This document shows, one piece after another, positions 37,725-53,400 of a DNA stretch of 64,000 nt (the stretch's first letter is position 1; every line of letters starts with the position of its first letter). The notes beneath the pieces were generated by a model that saw only the letters and a list, made by a program, of their open reading frames with translations, was not told the origin of the DNA and made no database searches. This stretch comes from Geosiphon pyriformis uo1. Lineage: Eukaryota > Fungi > Glomeromycota. The translations under genes were made by a program, and so were the position numbers. Where the stretch lies: the NCBI GenBank assembly GCA_016748015.1, contig JAAOMT010000175.1, forward strand, positions 167,395 to 231,394. Direction: 5' to 3'.

Positions 37725-38627
37725 TGTTACTCTTAGAATATAGGAAGTATATTAGCATATAAATTAACCAATCAAAAGTAGCCATAGTAAATATGAAATT
37801 CCAGGATTCCTCTTAAAGGAATTACAGGATTCCAGAAATTTCAGAATTTCTCTTAAAAAAATTGCAGGATTTCTCTCAAAGAAATTGCAGGATTCCAAAA
37901 ATTCCAAAATTTCTGGTGTAAAGAATTGAAAAATTGAGAAATTTCAATTATGCATATATAGTGGTAGTATTAGAAATAGAAAAAACAGATCTCTCAGTTT
38001 AGATTTCATCTAAGCAACTTTCTAATTCACAAATATCAATAAATAATTATTTGCTATCTCAATCCACATTCTACTATTAACACTTTATGTTGATATCTGC
38101 CAATACTTAACCAAACTGGAACAATAGCTCTTGATCATAGCTATTGACAGAATACTAATATTCATTGTCTTGGCTTATTTTTTTATTTTTTTTTATTTTC
38201 TTTCTTTTTTGTCATTATTTTTTGTTGTTTACTAATTAATTAAAAATTAAAGTGGAATAATTGACATTAAGAATAGCCTGGTAAAAGACCTCAAAGAAAG
38301 GGTATAGAATTTGAGAATTTGAGAATAGCTTACCAGAAAAGCATTTTTGCCAGATTACCAGTCATCATACTAAGAAAAAAATTTAATGGAATTGCAATTC
38401 CAAGAGACTACTGAAATACTATTGAATTTCTGTCTATTATACAAAGAACTCAACCTAAACTTTCAAACAATCTAAACCTTTAGATACCAACATTATTATA
38501 TCAATTGAGCACCAAGTTACGGATTTGTTATTTGATTTAAGACCCCAAATAATCACCTGTAACATTTGGTGCTCCTTATAAGGTATAATCCTATAGAGAA
38601 CTAGCACTAATACACAACCATTCAAAA

Positions 38628-41600
38628 GTGGCAGAATTAGAAAAAATAAGAACAAACTATTTAGAATTTGCCAAATTTTTATTTCAGCATTATTGTCAAC
38701 ACTTAGGATTAATTAACAATCATCTATTAGCAGAATTAGCCTTCAATTTCTACATTAATGAAAAAATCTCATATTTGTTAAGAATACCAATAGAAACTGA
38801 TTTAGCAAGAGGAAATTTTTACAATAAACTAATCTAAAATACCAGCCTATCAGCAAATTATAATTTCACAATAATTCTCACTGAAATCAATAAAAAAATT
38901 GAAATTTACATTCAACAAAGATATCCAATTACCTATGCCAACAAAGACAAAAGTAAACTACAAACACCAACAATAATACCTCAAAGAATACAATCATCTA
39001 CTTGAAAGAAAACAAGACTTTAATCACCAACCAATCCATTATATTACTATATACTTGGAAGTGTCATCAACATTTTATTACCAGGTACATCTACCTTAAA
39101 CACAAAACTATTATTAGTCCAACTTCTATTTTAAAGTAAACAAAAGAAAGCAGAATTATTAAGAACCTATGGCAATTATTTTAAAGGATTCAAATTGTGA
39201 TCACTGATGCCATCAAGATTTTGATTACTACTATCTCAACCAGATTTCAAAATCACAAGTTCTTGAAAAGTAATGGAATTAAAAGAAAAAAAAACAAGGA
39301 TTAGAAATTTAATTATTAAAACCTGATCCCAAAAAACCTGGAAAAGCAAACTCCACTCAATCAAACTCAGCAAAATTAGAACAATCTAAATCCCAATATT
39401 ATTAATCAGCAACACTTACCTCTAGTAATTATAATTAATTAGCCATTAGTTAAACTAATTGTTAAACTAATTCAACAGTCACAAGTACTATCTCAGCAAC
39501 AACCACAACAGCCACTTCAACCACTGCAACAACCACAACAACTGCTACTCATAGCTCCAATGGTATATGCTTCAATCGCAAAAATTGAAAAGTTTACTGG
39601 TAAAGAGAATGATGCTCAAATGTAGTTAAATGATGTCAAAAAAGCCATTACAGCCAATAAATAAAATGATGCCAAAGCCATGCAAGCCATTTTATACTTT
39701 CTTCAGAATACTGCCAACTCATGATATTAAAGCTTAGTCAACAAATTCCAAAACTTCAATGTATTTAAGCTTGAGTTCCTGCAATACTTTAGCAATAATA
39801 ATAACATCAACTGCTTAGCTAATACATTTACCACAATTAAACAAAGAGATGCTGAAGCAGTCACCACTTACTTGGAATGCTTTCACAGGAATCTATGCCA
39901 AATTTAGGCAATACAAACTGATTATTTTACTATACTGCAAATCTTAAATCAATTCATCAGAAGTCTGTACAGTAGCATCTTCCAACATGTACATCCATTA
40001 CACTCAACAGATTTTCAAGTAGCAGTCACCTATGTCTGAGATTTTGAAGCAGCTAAATTAGAAGCCAATCACATCCAAGCCATAAATCTAGTAATGAATG
40101 AATCATCTAAATTGGATTCCAAATTTAAACAATTCAGTGATTCAATTAATCAGAAACTAGAGAGGTACTTAGCTAACAACAATTAAGCAGTATATCAACT
40201 GCCTCAATATTGCAACAATTTCAGAACTATCAATTAGCACCAGAATTAGTTGTGTTCAGCATCAGCATGACTATTATGGCAGCAAAAAATGCATATCTAC
40301 TACTATTGTAATAAATAAAGACATTTGCAACTTGAATGTCACAAAAAGATAAACAACCAATGATTAGAAATTAGTATAAAATTCTGATTGCTAATTTTCA
40401 ACTCAGAATTATGTTAGTCATTAAACACACAAACAATACCAAACTCAACTGTATTATGCACAGATAATGCAGCCAATTTATCAAACTCTAATTTATCAAC
40501 TAATATCACCCATAATTTATCAACCACCACAGCCACCAATAATTTATTAAACACTAACAATTCCAATACTGCCACTAAATTCAGCTCAGATAACATTAGA
40601 AAATCTCAGATCAAGAGTCACTTAAAACTAGAAATTGACAATGATTGTCTACCAACCAATTTTCAGCTCTTTTAATCAATCATTAGGATTACAACAGCAG
40701 AGTTTAAAAACCAGTTATTCTCAAAACCCGAATTCCCAGAACTATTTAAGTCTCTTAGTGACTCCAGAAGATGTCTAACTTAACAACTCAGAACCCAAAT
40801 CACAGCAACTATTTACTAGCAATATTCCATTAGCAATCAGTACTGAAGATGAAACACTTGCTGCCATATTCTTTTTTGAGTTTGAGAAAACCCCATCAGT
40901 CCTATTATTAAGTGAAGCAGCTCTTGACACTAAGCCCATTACAGCAATATATACTAATGCCATAGTTGATGGCTATTTCATCAAACTTATTTTAGATAGC
41001 AGTTTAGCAAACAGTATTATTACATAACAACTTATGAACCAATTAGGTTGCCAAGTTGATTGCACTGCCAACACCTGAATAATCACCACTAATGAAGTGA
41101 CAAAAACTCCAATCAGTGAGATTAATGACTTCTTCTTCAAAGTCAATGACATCATAATATCAATTAAAGTTCTAGTAATAAAAACTATGCAATATCAAGC
41201 ATTAGTTGGTAATAACTGGCTGGTCAAAACCAACACTATACTTGATTGAACCATTTAAGAATTGCAACTTAGCTAAAATGACTAGCACATGCAAATACCA
41301 GTCACTTGCAGTCACTTTAAACCCACAATGATGCCAGCATTACTAATTAAGTTTGAAAAAGAAAAAAAAAACCTACTTGGAAAGCTTACCAAGTTTTCTG
41401 GGCTGACAACAATCACAATAAGCTATTGCCAATTTTAACTTGGGACAACAAAAGAAAAGAAAAAAAAGAGAATGAATCTGAAGAAACCATGGCCACAAAG
41501 GAGATAACTAGTGGCTGGAAAAAATCATATTTATATGAATTCATAGAAGAGCCATTCCACATACCACTTAAATACAAAGACTGCAAAAAAAAGCTGTCCT

Positions 41601-44600
41601 CTATGGGAGCATAGATTGCACCTAATAAAGACTATTAGACATACACCCACTACTATTATAAACTATGCCACTGGGAACACTATGAGTACTCCAAATAACA
41701 AGACAAGTGAGACAATAAACCATGTCTTACTTGTAAGAAACAGTTATTTAATGAAGAAATATGGAATAACATTCTTGGTCAAAAAGAAACATACAATGCC
41801 TCATGCCAATACACAATCCTCATTAGCAACTGGGTCAGTTGTGAAACATCTTTCAACACTGCATAAAACTATGCTTTAACATGCTGGGATGGCTACCCAC
41901 ATAATGAAGACAAAATCTGGAAAATGGCAAGTACTAAAGTTGAAGGCACTTTGTACAGTGCAATATTAAAGATTAAGAATAATCTACTAGAACCAGTTAA
42001 AACTTTTCTTATTTCTAACCCAGACACTTTTCTCAACATTAAAGCCAGTCCAGAAGAATTTCATGAACATTATCAGAATTTGGCACTCACTTAAAAAGAA
42101 CAAGAGCAATATTTAGAAGAAATAAACACACAACTATGTAACTACTGTTTGATTCCATGTGATTTTAAATATTGTAATGAGTGTGATCTCATCTACAATC
42201 TACCACCACACATGATCTACATAATTCTAGAGAAAAACGAACCAATTAACAGCTGTGTATTAGAATCAGAATCACAGTTTAATTCTGATTCAAACTCTGA
42301 CAATAATGACAACAAAAATAATGGTTCCAGCTCCATTCAAAATGGCAATGAAAATAACAATGATTCAGACTTCAATTCAAACCCAAAATAATATATTGTG
42401 CTTTCTGATCTCTCTAAAAAACAGGAACTGAAATGGTTTATCAATAATAATGAAGATATTATGCACAAATACATACATAATACAGATACAGAGTTTGATT
42501 TGAAATATTTGGGAAAAAAAGCCATAAAATTGAAACCACACTTATACATCTGTATTGATCTAAAATTAGCATTGAGAATTCCAGCAACAACAATAGTTCA
42601 ACTAACATCAAAGAATAGTTTAGCAAAAAAAAGAAATCAATATTAGAGGAGGAATAATTGACACAAAATATGTAAGAAATATTATTGCAATGCTACAAAA
42701 TAACTCAGAAAAAGCCTATATTATAGAGCCAAATGAAAAAATAGCACAGACAATATTTCTGTCTTTGATTAAAATAGCTCAATTAGTGTCAGTAGGAAAA
42801 AGAGAGAAATTAAGAATAACAGCAAGAGAGATTAATGGATTTGGATCCATAGTTAGAATAAATATACCAGTCAATATAACAGAGGAAAAAGTTATTAACA
42901 AGAAAAAAATTATTTTCACCTGTCAATTAATTTCTATTCCACCATATAACCATTATATGTTAGCCATAAAAAGAAAAGTAAAAGATCAGATTCAGATTTT
43001 TAAAGCAGAAATAACACTTTGTGAAACTGGAAAGATTGAATTAGTTAATCTACACATATCTGCCAAAAACCATAGTCACATCAAAATTCCTATTTACAAC
43101 AACATAAGAAATATTATTAAGATATCAAAAGGAATCACCATTGGATATTTAACCACTGAAATTGAAAACCAACTACCAAACTCCATTCCAGACTTTTTAC
43201 AACTGTATGAATATGTTGACATAATATCACAAACCATATACAGATAAGAAAAATGTTATTTGTTCTAACCAGAACAATTGGAACAGATGAACTTAAGAAA
43301 TTTAAACCCACTACAATGTATGCAGCTTAAAATGTTACTCAACAACTTTAACAACATCTTTGCTAGTAAAAATGAATTTGGCAGAATTGACATAATTCAG
43401 TATTAGATCAAAACTGGAAATGTGATGTCAATTAAACAAAAAGCATACCAAATATTACCAGCAAGCCATAAAATCATCTGACAAGAAATTAACTGGATGT
43501 TAGACAATGGGTTAATCCAACCATCAATAAGTTTATGGTCATTACCAGTAGTACTAATCTGTAAGAAAAATGGGAAAATTCACTTTTGTGTGGATTACCA
43601 AAAACTTAATGAAGTAACCAAAAGAGATAGCTACCTAACTCCAAAGATCTAAGAACTTTTTAACACTTTTGGAAAAAAGAAATGATTCTCAATATTAGAC
43701 TTAAACAGTGGTTACTGGCAAGTAGCCATAAAGCTAGAAGATAAAAAAAAATGACTTTTACAATCTGAGAAAAAAATTTTAAATTTGAAGTTATGCCTTT
43801 TGGCTTAATGAATGCTTCAGTTACATTTCAATGGCTCATGAAGATTATCTATACTAGACTATTGTGGAAATTAGTAGTTGTTTACTTAGATAATACCAAT
43901 GTGTTCTCCAAAACATTTGATGATCATTTACACTATCTTCAACAAGTATTTAAAAGACTAAGAAAAGCTGGATTAAAGTTAAATGCCACCAAATACTTCT
44001 TTGGCAAGACAAAATTAAAATTCTTGGGACATGTTGTAAACAAAGATGGAATTAAGACGAATTCAAATAAGATTAAAATAGTTAAAAACTTTCTAGTACT
44101 CACCAACTTGACTGAACTATGAGTATTTTTGGAATTTACAGGTTACTACTGCCACTTTATTAAAAACTTTTCCAAAATGGCTCAGCCATTACACCAGCTC
44201 CAAACAAAGAACACCAAATATAAATGGATGGAAATTTAGCAAAAAGCTTTTAATACATTAAGAAGAAAGCTTATTCAAGCTTTAGTATTGATCTATTCAG
44301 ATCATAGCAAGCCATTAATAATCACAACTAATACATCAGATCAAGCATTAGGAGCAGTACTATCTCAGAAAAAACCAGATAGAAAAGAACACTTAGTAGC
44401 ATATGCTAATTGTAACTTAAGTCTAGTTGAAAAAAATTATGGAACACCAGCATTAGAATACTTAATAATTTATTGGGCAGTCATAAAGTAAAAGGAATAC
44501 TTAAGCCAGAAATTTGACATATACATGGACCATAAAGGATTAACTTCAATCCAGAAGCAAGAATTTGGAAATGATCATCATGCTAGATAGAAAATAGAAC

Positions 44601-46090
44601 TTTTACTATTTAATTATATAGTACATTACAAAAAAAGAAAAAAAAACAAAAATATTAACAACTTGTTACGAATAAGACAAATCTAAAAACATTTCAACCC
44701 AAAAATATAACAAAAGATAATTATACAAAAATATCAACAACTTTAATACTATATTAATACCCAGCTATTCAAAGAAAAATTATCTTCAAAAAAATGAAGC
44801 CATATCAAACAACAATCAAAATATTTTATCACTTAACAAAGTATACTTTACCAGAAGAATAGAAGAAATCTAAATCAACCCACCAGAATAATTATGAAGC
44901 CAGAAAAAAAACAATACAATTCAACATGCACTTAGATCCAACAGCAAGACATTTTCACAAAGAAGCAACAATAGAAAGAACCAAAAAAAGATACTATTGG
45001 CCATCAACATATCCAGATATTATCTAATATGTTTAAAATTGTAATGCTTGTTAGAAAAGAGGAGAAACAAGACTTAATGAACCATTAAGACCAATTAAAG
45101 TGGGACAACTATTTGATCACATCAAAATTGACTTAGTCAAACCATTAATCATAACCAACAGAGACAACAGATACATTGCAGTAGTCATAAATTATCTCAC
45201 TAAATGGCCAGAAGCAAAAGCAATTCAAAGAGCAGATGCAGAATTTGTTGCCAAATTCATTCATCAAAATCTAATTTGTTAACACAAATGTCCAAAAAAA
45301 CTACTATTAGATCAAGGAACTCACTTTGTAAACAGAACACTAGCAGAATTAAGTCAAAGATTTGGAATCAAAAGACCATTATCATTACCATACCATCTGC
45401 AAACAAATGGATTAGTTGAAAGATTTAACAGAACATTGTGTGAAGCAATTGCCAAAATCAGCCAAAAAAACCAGGACAAATGAAATTTGTTTATACCATC
45501 AGTATTATTTGCTTATTAGACAATGAAGCAAGACACCACACAAGCAACATTATTTGAATTAGTATATGGTAGAACAGCAATATTATCAGTTAAGATAAAA
45601 GTCAATACATATCTAACAGAACCAATAACCAAAGACAATTTTTAAGAAACATTGCTAAGAAAAACATATGACTTAATGGAAACTTTAGAAAACAAATAAT
45701 AAAGAGCAGTTGATAACGTCTAAAAGTCAGAAAAAAAAAGACATGATAATCAACTATCAGATAAACCAGTCAAATTCAAGATTGAAGACAAAGTACTTTT
45801 ACATCATACCAAAGCAGAAAAACAATAGAGTAGAAAATTTGACCCCAAATGGAATAGACCATTTGACATAGAAAAAATTCTAGGAAATGGAGCTTATAAA
45901 TTAAGGTAAAACAACAAAATTCTAATCAAAGCAGCACATAGAAATTGACTAAAACTATATCACAATATAGTACTATTATCTACCAGTAATATTTCACAGT
46001 TGAGAGTACAGAAAATACTAGTTTGACCAGATAAGATTCCATGAGATCTAGAACTAATTATTATCATTTACACAAACACATTAAATTGAT
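38628..46090 (+). pseudogene. gag-pol pseudogene of E3, including dUTPase
   Basis: Colinear with the E2 polyprotein but with more stops and frameshifts. Confidence 0.9.
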
Positions 46091-46143
46091 TGACCAAAAG
46101 AATATATAAAAACATAATAGATGTAACAGAAGATATCAGAAAA

Positions 46144-46772
46144 ATAGAAATTACTAATGATATTTACTTACTAGCATAACAATTCTTTCAATTAATCTAA
46201 CAATAGAATATGGAAATCACTATTAACCAACAAACCATTTAATACAGAGATACCAAAAAAATACTCCAATACAAAGTACAGAGGAAACCAGAAAACACCA
46301 TCAACAAAATAATTCAAAAAATAAAATTGGCAATAAAAAAACCAACAAAAATCACCTTATATTAAGAATTGACCAAAGAAATTTGGAATTGGTGGATACA
46401 AAAATTTCCAAAGAACTTTTGTTATTTCTACTTGGAACAACACTTAAATATTCAAAACTTATATACAAATAAGACAAAACAATTATTCGATCCAGAAATA
46501 TTACAACAACTTGAACAATTTGTAAGGAAAAACAATCTAATCATCCAAGCACAAGCTATTTATCAATTACAAGTTGGATTTTAAGACTGACCAGAAATTT
46601 TACTCAATCTAGCATTAGACTCCATTACTATTAACCAAATAAGAAAAATAACCAATGCCCAATTTGAAGAATTACAAAACAAAATAACACAAGTAATTCT
46701 CAAAAAAGAAGTTCAAAAAATACTCAAAATAGAGAATTAGAATTAGGAGATTTCAACAGAGCTCAATATTAA
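46144..46772 (+). pseudogene. Extra ORF3 of E3
   Basis: Homologous to E2 ORF3 (KEIWNWWIQKFPKNFCYFYLEQHL); start ATG decayed to ATA. Confidence 0.75.
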
Positions 46773-47445
46773 AAAAAAAAATAATGTTACTCTTAGAATA
46801 TAAAAAGTATATTAGCACATAAATTAGCCAATCAGAAGTAACCATAATAAATATGGAATTCCAGAATTCTTTTCAAAAGAATTACAGAATTCCAAAAATT
46901 TCAGGATTCTTGTACAAAAAATCACAGGATTCCAAAATTTCAGGATTCTTCTTAAAAAAATTGCAGGATTCTAGGAATTCCAAGAATTCCTGGATTTTTG
47001 GTGTAAAGAATTAAGGAATTAAAGAATCTCAATTATATATATATAGTAATAGTATTAGAAGTAGAAAAAACAAATCTTTTAGTTTAAATTTTATCTAAGC
47101 AACCTTCTAATTCACAAATATCAATAAATAATTATTTGTTATTTCAATCCACATTCTACTATTAACACTTTATGTTGATATCTACCAATACTTAACCAAG
47201 CTAAAACAATAACTCTTGATTATAACTATTAACAGGATACTAATATTTATTGCCTTGGCTTATTTCTTTATTTTTTTTTATTTTCTTTCTTTTCTATCAT
47301 TATTTTTGTTGTTTATTAATTGATTAAAAATCAAAGCAGAATAATTAATGTTAAAGATAGCTTGGTAAAAAACTCCAAAAAAAGGGTATAGAATTTGAGA
47401 ATTTGAAGATAGTTTACCAGAAGGGCATCTCTGCCAGATTACTGG

Positions 47446-50400
47446 TATTACCAGTAGAATTTTAGCTATTAATTAGCATGAAATTACCCTTATAATTCCT
47501 ATTATTAATTAGCATATATCATTATTATTTTGATTATCACTTATTATTTAATCAAATTATCAAATATTATTACTCAATTAATAATCCGATTTGTACTCTA
47601 AAAATTAAGATGATCAAATTACACAATACCCTGAACCATTTAACATAGTCAAAATTCGCCGAAATTAATGAAAATTCGTCGAAATAATCAATAGTTCAGT
47701 GAAATAATTTGTAAATTTGCCAAAATGTATCTTTAGTTTACCCAAATTGTAGAAAAGAAAAAAGTGCAAGTTCAAAAAATAGTACTACAATAAGTTGTAT
47801 AAAAAAAAAGCTTCTCTTTTCAAGAAAATATACCTTCTTATCTTCTTATAGTATCTGAACATAGTATCTTACTTTAGATATCTTAATTAAAACAAATTAC
47901 TTTTTACAAAATCAAATAAAAATTAAATATTCGAAAACCAAATTCTTAAATTATTACACTTGAAATTTTCTCAACACAACTAACGTTTTGAAATTGATTA
48001 GCTACCAATTTCAGTAAACTGTTAGTGACTACAAGCCTGAATAGAAAACGTTTCCCTTGATAAAATCCTATTTCTTTTACATTTTTTTTATTTTTTTTTT
48101 CTTTTCTTATTACAAATTATTAGGTAGTTTACAGATGAGATTTCTGTAAAAGAGTTGACTTTCACAGTAAAGTAACTACACATTATTAGTGAGCTTCCAG
48201 ATGAGCAATTCCTAGGAAAGAGTTAACATTTACTACAATGTAACTACAGAAAAGTAACTGACAAGGAATTGGCCATTCCACTTATAAGCCCAGCAGTTCA
48301 AATTATAAGAGATAATTTGAAGATAAATTCAGTTATTGGAGGTCCAACCACTTTCTGGAAATGTGAATTTACAGCAAATCAACATTAACAACATTCAAGA
48401 AAAGAGACCAAAAACCTCTGGTAACATTTGGTGCTCTCTCATGGAAATAACACAGCAACAACAAATTCAAAGTGGTGACCACACCAGACACAGCAACTCT
48501 AAAGTATTATCAGTCAATTTATATCCACTACAAGCAAAAATTAAACATCCCAGACGGAATTAAAGTTGTCAAAAAATTGGTATACCAATACATTGAAAAC
48601 CACATCAACAATTATTTTTTTGGAAACTACAACATTTTAGAAGTTAGAAGCAATCTTTACAATAATTTATTGCACTATTCACAATCGGAAACAGAAGACC
48701 TAAACAGTGAAACACTTGCTACCTACTTCCAAGAACTTAATTTTAACATTATTGAATATTGTGAAGAAAAATACCCAGTGCAGCCCAACTACTCATTTGA
48801 CTTTAGATCAGAAACAGAGACAAGCAACAAAGGCAAACAAAAAGTAAAACAATACTTAAAAACCACTCCAAACACTCCAATACTACAAAAAACAACTGTC
48901 AAACACTTGCAAACACCTGAACAAGGAACCAATGTCAAATTACCACTTTCTATTACACCATTTCTAATTTCACTTGTTTAACCACAAACATCAAATTCAT
49001 CACTCAACCATTTTTTCAGACCAGAAAATTATCAGTCACCTAGAAATTTTATTCAATAACAAAAACTCATATCAACAAGCACCAATATTATTGAGTACTT
49101 ACAAGAAAATGAAAGTAATCATTCAGAAAACTTGGAAAGTAAAAAAACTGAATTAGAACAAGAAGAAATTACAGAAAACAAAAAAGAAATGGCAACTGCT
49201 TACATTGCAAAAATTCCAGAGTTTACTGGTAAAGATAATGACACCAGTCCTCAAGAATGGCTTGATAAAGTCCAGAAAGCAAAAAATGCAAATGGTTGGA
49301 CTGCAGCAAGAATGCTCAAAGCAATCTCATACTTTTTTTAAGGAACTGCAGGAAAATGGTTTGAAAACTTAGAAAGACCATTTGAAGATTGGCAAGCATT
49401 CAAAGATGCTTTTTTATAACAATTCACTAACAACAACATCTCTATCACTCTCTGCAATTGCTTTTGCAATATTAAACAAGAAACATCTGAAACTGTCATG
49501 ACCTATCTTAGAAGATTCAATAAACTTCTTTGACAAATTCGACAATTGGAAACCAATGATTACTATTCTGATGCCCAGATTTTGGATCAATTTATAGCTG
49601 GATTAAAAGACAAACTCATTAAAAAAGTTCGTCCACATGCTCTAGAAGACTTAGCAACTGCTATTAGACATGCAAAAAACTATAAAATAGCAATAGAAGA
49701 AGCAAACCACACCAAATTTGTTAACCTAGCTATTGGAAAAACCAGTTTAGCAGCTGAAAAAAAAATAGACCAACTCACAAAAAAGGTTGAAAACTACTTT
49801 ACAAACCAACAACAGCAGCAGCAACTACAAAGATATCAACCACCACAATGACAAAACCAAAACAACCTTGGATTACTATCCAACAACCAATCTCAAAATT
49901 GTTATTATTGTGGAATTTCAGGACACTGGAAATGAAATTGCAGGAAATTGCAAAGAGACCAACAAAATAGGAGTAATCAACGTTATTCTTCATCACAACA
50001 ATCTTATTACCAACCTCTACCACCAACTTATTATTCACCAAGACCACAAAATCAAAACAGTTACTATTAACCAGCTCCACAACCAATGCAGTAACAATAT
50101 CAACAATCTTTGCCAATTCAGCAATATCAAACACCACCCACTCAACAATATTAAGTACCAGCCAAAAAATTGGTTCAACATAACCAATTTACACCTCAAA
50201 ATCAATTTCAGAATAACAACAACAGAATCAACCCAAATAACCAGTTGGTTCTCTGAAATTCTGGTCCACAAAGACCAAATCATTATCACACTCAACCCAG
50301 CTATCTTACAATGCCCAAAGGATCAAATTTTTAACAAATTACACTTTCTAAAGGTAAATTTGCAGCACCAACATCAAACCCTTTCAACAATACTATTCTA

Positions 50401-53400
50401 CCAACCCAAATTGCCCAAAATGCCAACTTTTCAGATATATTTCCATTCGAATTTGAAGCAAATGAATTACCATTCTTGCTTAGCAATGCAGTAGTCAATA
50501 AGCAAAAAGCTATTACTGCTATGTATACTGAAGCTACAGTAGAAAGAAAGCCCATCCAATTAATCCTAGACAATGGATCAGCTGGAAGTATTATCACCTA
50601 CCAGTTAATACAACAGCTTCAAAGAACTGTTGACAGACCAGCCCAAACTGTAATTGTTATAGCAGATGATATGAAAAAGACACCAGTAGGAGAAATTGAC
50701 AATTTCTCATTCACCATTGATAGAATTACCATTCCAGTCAAAGTTCTAGTTATGGATGCACCCCAATACTAAGCTCTGGTCGGAAATGATTGGCTTCTTA
50801 AGGCCAATGCAAACTTAGACTGGGAAACTCAGAAACTAAAAATCTCATACCAAAGACAATACATTATAGTACCTGTTACTTGTGGTACTTTTAACAAATG
50901 ATCAGAAAAAGCCTTAGTATTTGAATTTGAAAAGAAAAAAAAATGCCACTTACTGAAACCTACATGGCTCTTGGATCAACATCCAATTGGGCTGAAAAAA
51001 CAGAACAGGAGATTTTTAAAGAATCAAGAGGATAGAAAAAAGTTAGATATTCTACACCAGAACCACAGAAACAACCACCATATATTCTACTCAAATGAAA
51101 AGATTGCAACAAGAAACTTTCATCAATGGGAGCATGTATTTTTTCAGAAGAGGAATATAAAACTCATATCTGCTACTTTTGCAAGACATGCTATAGAGAA
51201 CGATTTGGATATTCCAAAAAAAGTGGAAAATAGGACAAAACATCTTGTCTTATATGTGGAAATATACTACCAGAAGAATACAACTGGATTGATGTTGCAA
51301 TGAAAAGAGGAGTATGTAATCAAACCTGTCAATATGTTCTATCAATTTCGGAAAAAGTCAGAAGAGGAACACCATTTGATGTAGCATAAAACAGTACTCT
51401 CAATAAACTTTATCACTACCCTTATAATGCTGAAATGATTTTTGACTTAGCAATGGCATTAATCAATAGAGCCATCCAAGAAGATGTCCACCAAATGAAA
51501 AAAGCTGAATACATTGAGTATACCATAGAATTAGCTGGATTTGATTATGAAAATGAAGTAGAAACCTACCATCAAATTGCAAGCCATACATACCCAACCA
51601 AAAAAGCTCAAATTCAACAATTAAAGCAAATGAACATTCAATTGTGTGAAGAATATGTTATGCCTTGTGATGACCAATGGTGTTTAAAATGCTATGCTCT
51701 TAGCATTTCCTTGCCAGATGAGAATGATGAAAATGAAATTGAATTTGAAGTATCTGAACTAGTAGAAAAACTACCAACCACCCCTATCTATCTTCTTGAA
51801 AAGCAATTATCTCTACAACTTAAATATTTTGACAACCATGGCCAAGAAATCAGACCAGAAAAAGCACACAAAATTGATGCTGGATATGATCTAAGATACC
51901 CAGAAAAAGATACTTTGGTTCTCCAACCAAAGTCTTTAACAAAAATCAATCTTAAAATTGCTCTTGAAATTTTATTTGGAGCAATGGTTCAAATTGTATC
52001 CAGATCATTATTGGCAAGCAAAAGAATCAATGTTAGAGGAGGAGTCATAGATGCAGGATATACTGGAGACATTACTATCATGTTACAGAATGAAACAGAT
52101 AAACCATTCAGGATTAAACATGCTGAGAAAATTGCCCAAACAATTTATCTATCCTTAATTAACATTTCGAGTTTATAATCAGTAAAAAACAGAGAACAAT
52201 TGGGAAAAAGTGAAAGAGAAACTCAAGGTTTTGGTTCAACTGAACAATTTACAATGCCAGTAAACATAGTTCTCAATGCACAAAATGAATCCCACCAGAT
52301 TCTTCAACTTCTTCAACCAATTACCATTTCATCTTTTGGAGAACATTACGAAATTTATACCTGCTCAAAACCCACCACTACTCAACAAATCTTTGAATCC
52401 AATAAACAAATCTGTTTGAAGCATGAAATCTCAATTCCAAACGTTTATATTCCCAAAGGAATGAAAAAATTTTAAGTTATATTCTACAACCCCAATAATT
52501 ACCCTATTGTCCTATTAAATAAATTAGAAATTGAAATCATACACAGTAACATTTTTCAAGATGAAAACCCTCAAATTGTCTCTAATTTCATCGAAATTAT
52601 AAGACATACACTACTTTCAAATCCAAACATCATTCCTATTACTGAAAACTACCATCTTTTGGAAGAAAAACTTTCTTAAATCAACATGGATCCATTAGAA
52701 CCCCAACAACAAAGACAATTGAAACAATTAATAGCTGAATTTGCAGATATATTTGCAAAAGACAACAATAATCTGGGAAAAACTAATATTGTCCAATATC
52801 AGATCCATACAGGAGATGCTCCACCAAAATGTCAACAAGCTTACAGAGTGCCACCTGCCAGCCACCAATTCATCAAAGAAGAAGTCCAGAGAATGCTCAA
52901 TAATGGATTGATTTAATCATTAAGAAGTCTTTGGGTTTCACCAGTAGTCCTTATCAAAAAGAAAAATGGAAAAATCCAATTTTGTGTTAACTATTGCCAA
53001 TTGAACAGTGTGACAATTGGAGATGCCTACCTTTTTCCAAGAATTGATGACATGCTAGATGCTCTAGAAAAAGCCAAGTTCTTTTCAACTTTAGACTTGG
53101 AAAGTGGATACTGGCAAGTCGAAATGGACCCAAAAAATAGATCCAAAACAGCATTTACCACTCAAGTAGGAAACTATGAGTTCAATATTATCCTATTTGA
53201 ATTCTGTAATACACCAGCAACATTTCAACAACTCATGAATGTTGTATATGAAGGACTCTTATGGTAATTAGTAGTTGTCTATCTTGATGACATTGATGTG
53301 TACTCACCAAGCTTTGAAGCCCACCTTATCTACCTGCAAGAAGTTTTTCAACAATTACAGAAAGCAAAACATTAAGAAATGTTACTTTGGAAAAACAAGC

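Larger units (their letters stand above)
37725..47445 (+). mobile_element. Near full-length family-A Ty3/Gypsy element (E3); 3' LTR interrupted by E4
   Basis: 5' LTR 37725-38564; PBS tggtgctcc at 38567; gag from GTG 38628 and ATG 39560; PR, Cys-rich region, dUTPase (~42460-42855), RT, RH, IN and ORF3 (46144-46772); 3' LTR from 46785, cut at 47445. Confidence 0.95.

Noticed and set aside
49787-50494. 235-aa ORF overlapping E4 gag in another frame, and antisense ORFs 49799-50137 and 61156-61446
   Set aside because: Shadow frames of the CAA/CCA-rich Gln/Pro gag linker; no motifs and not maintained at this length in E5.
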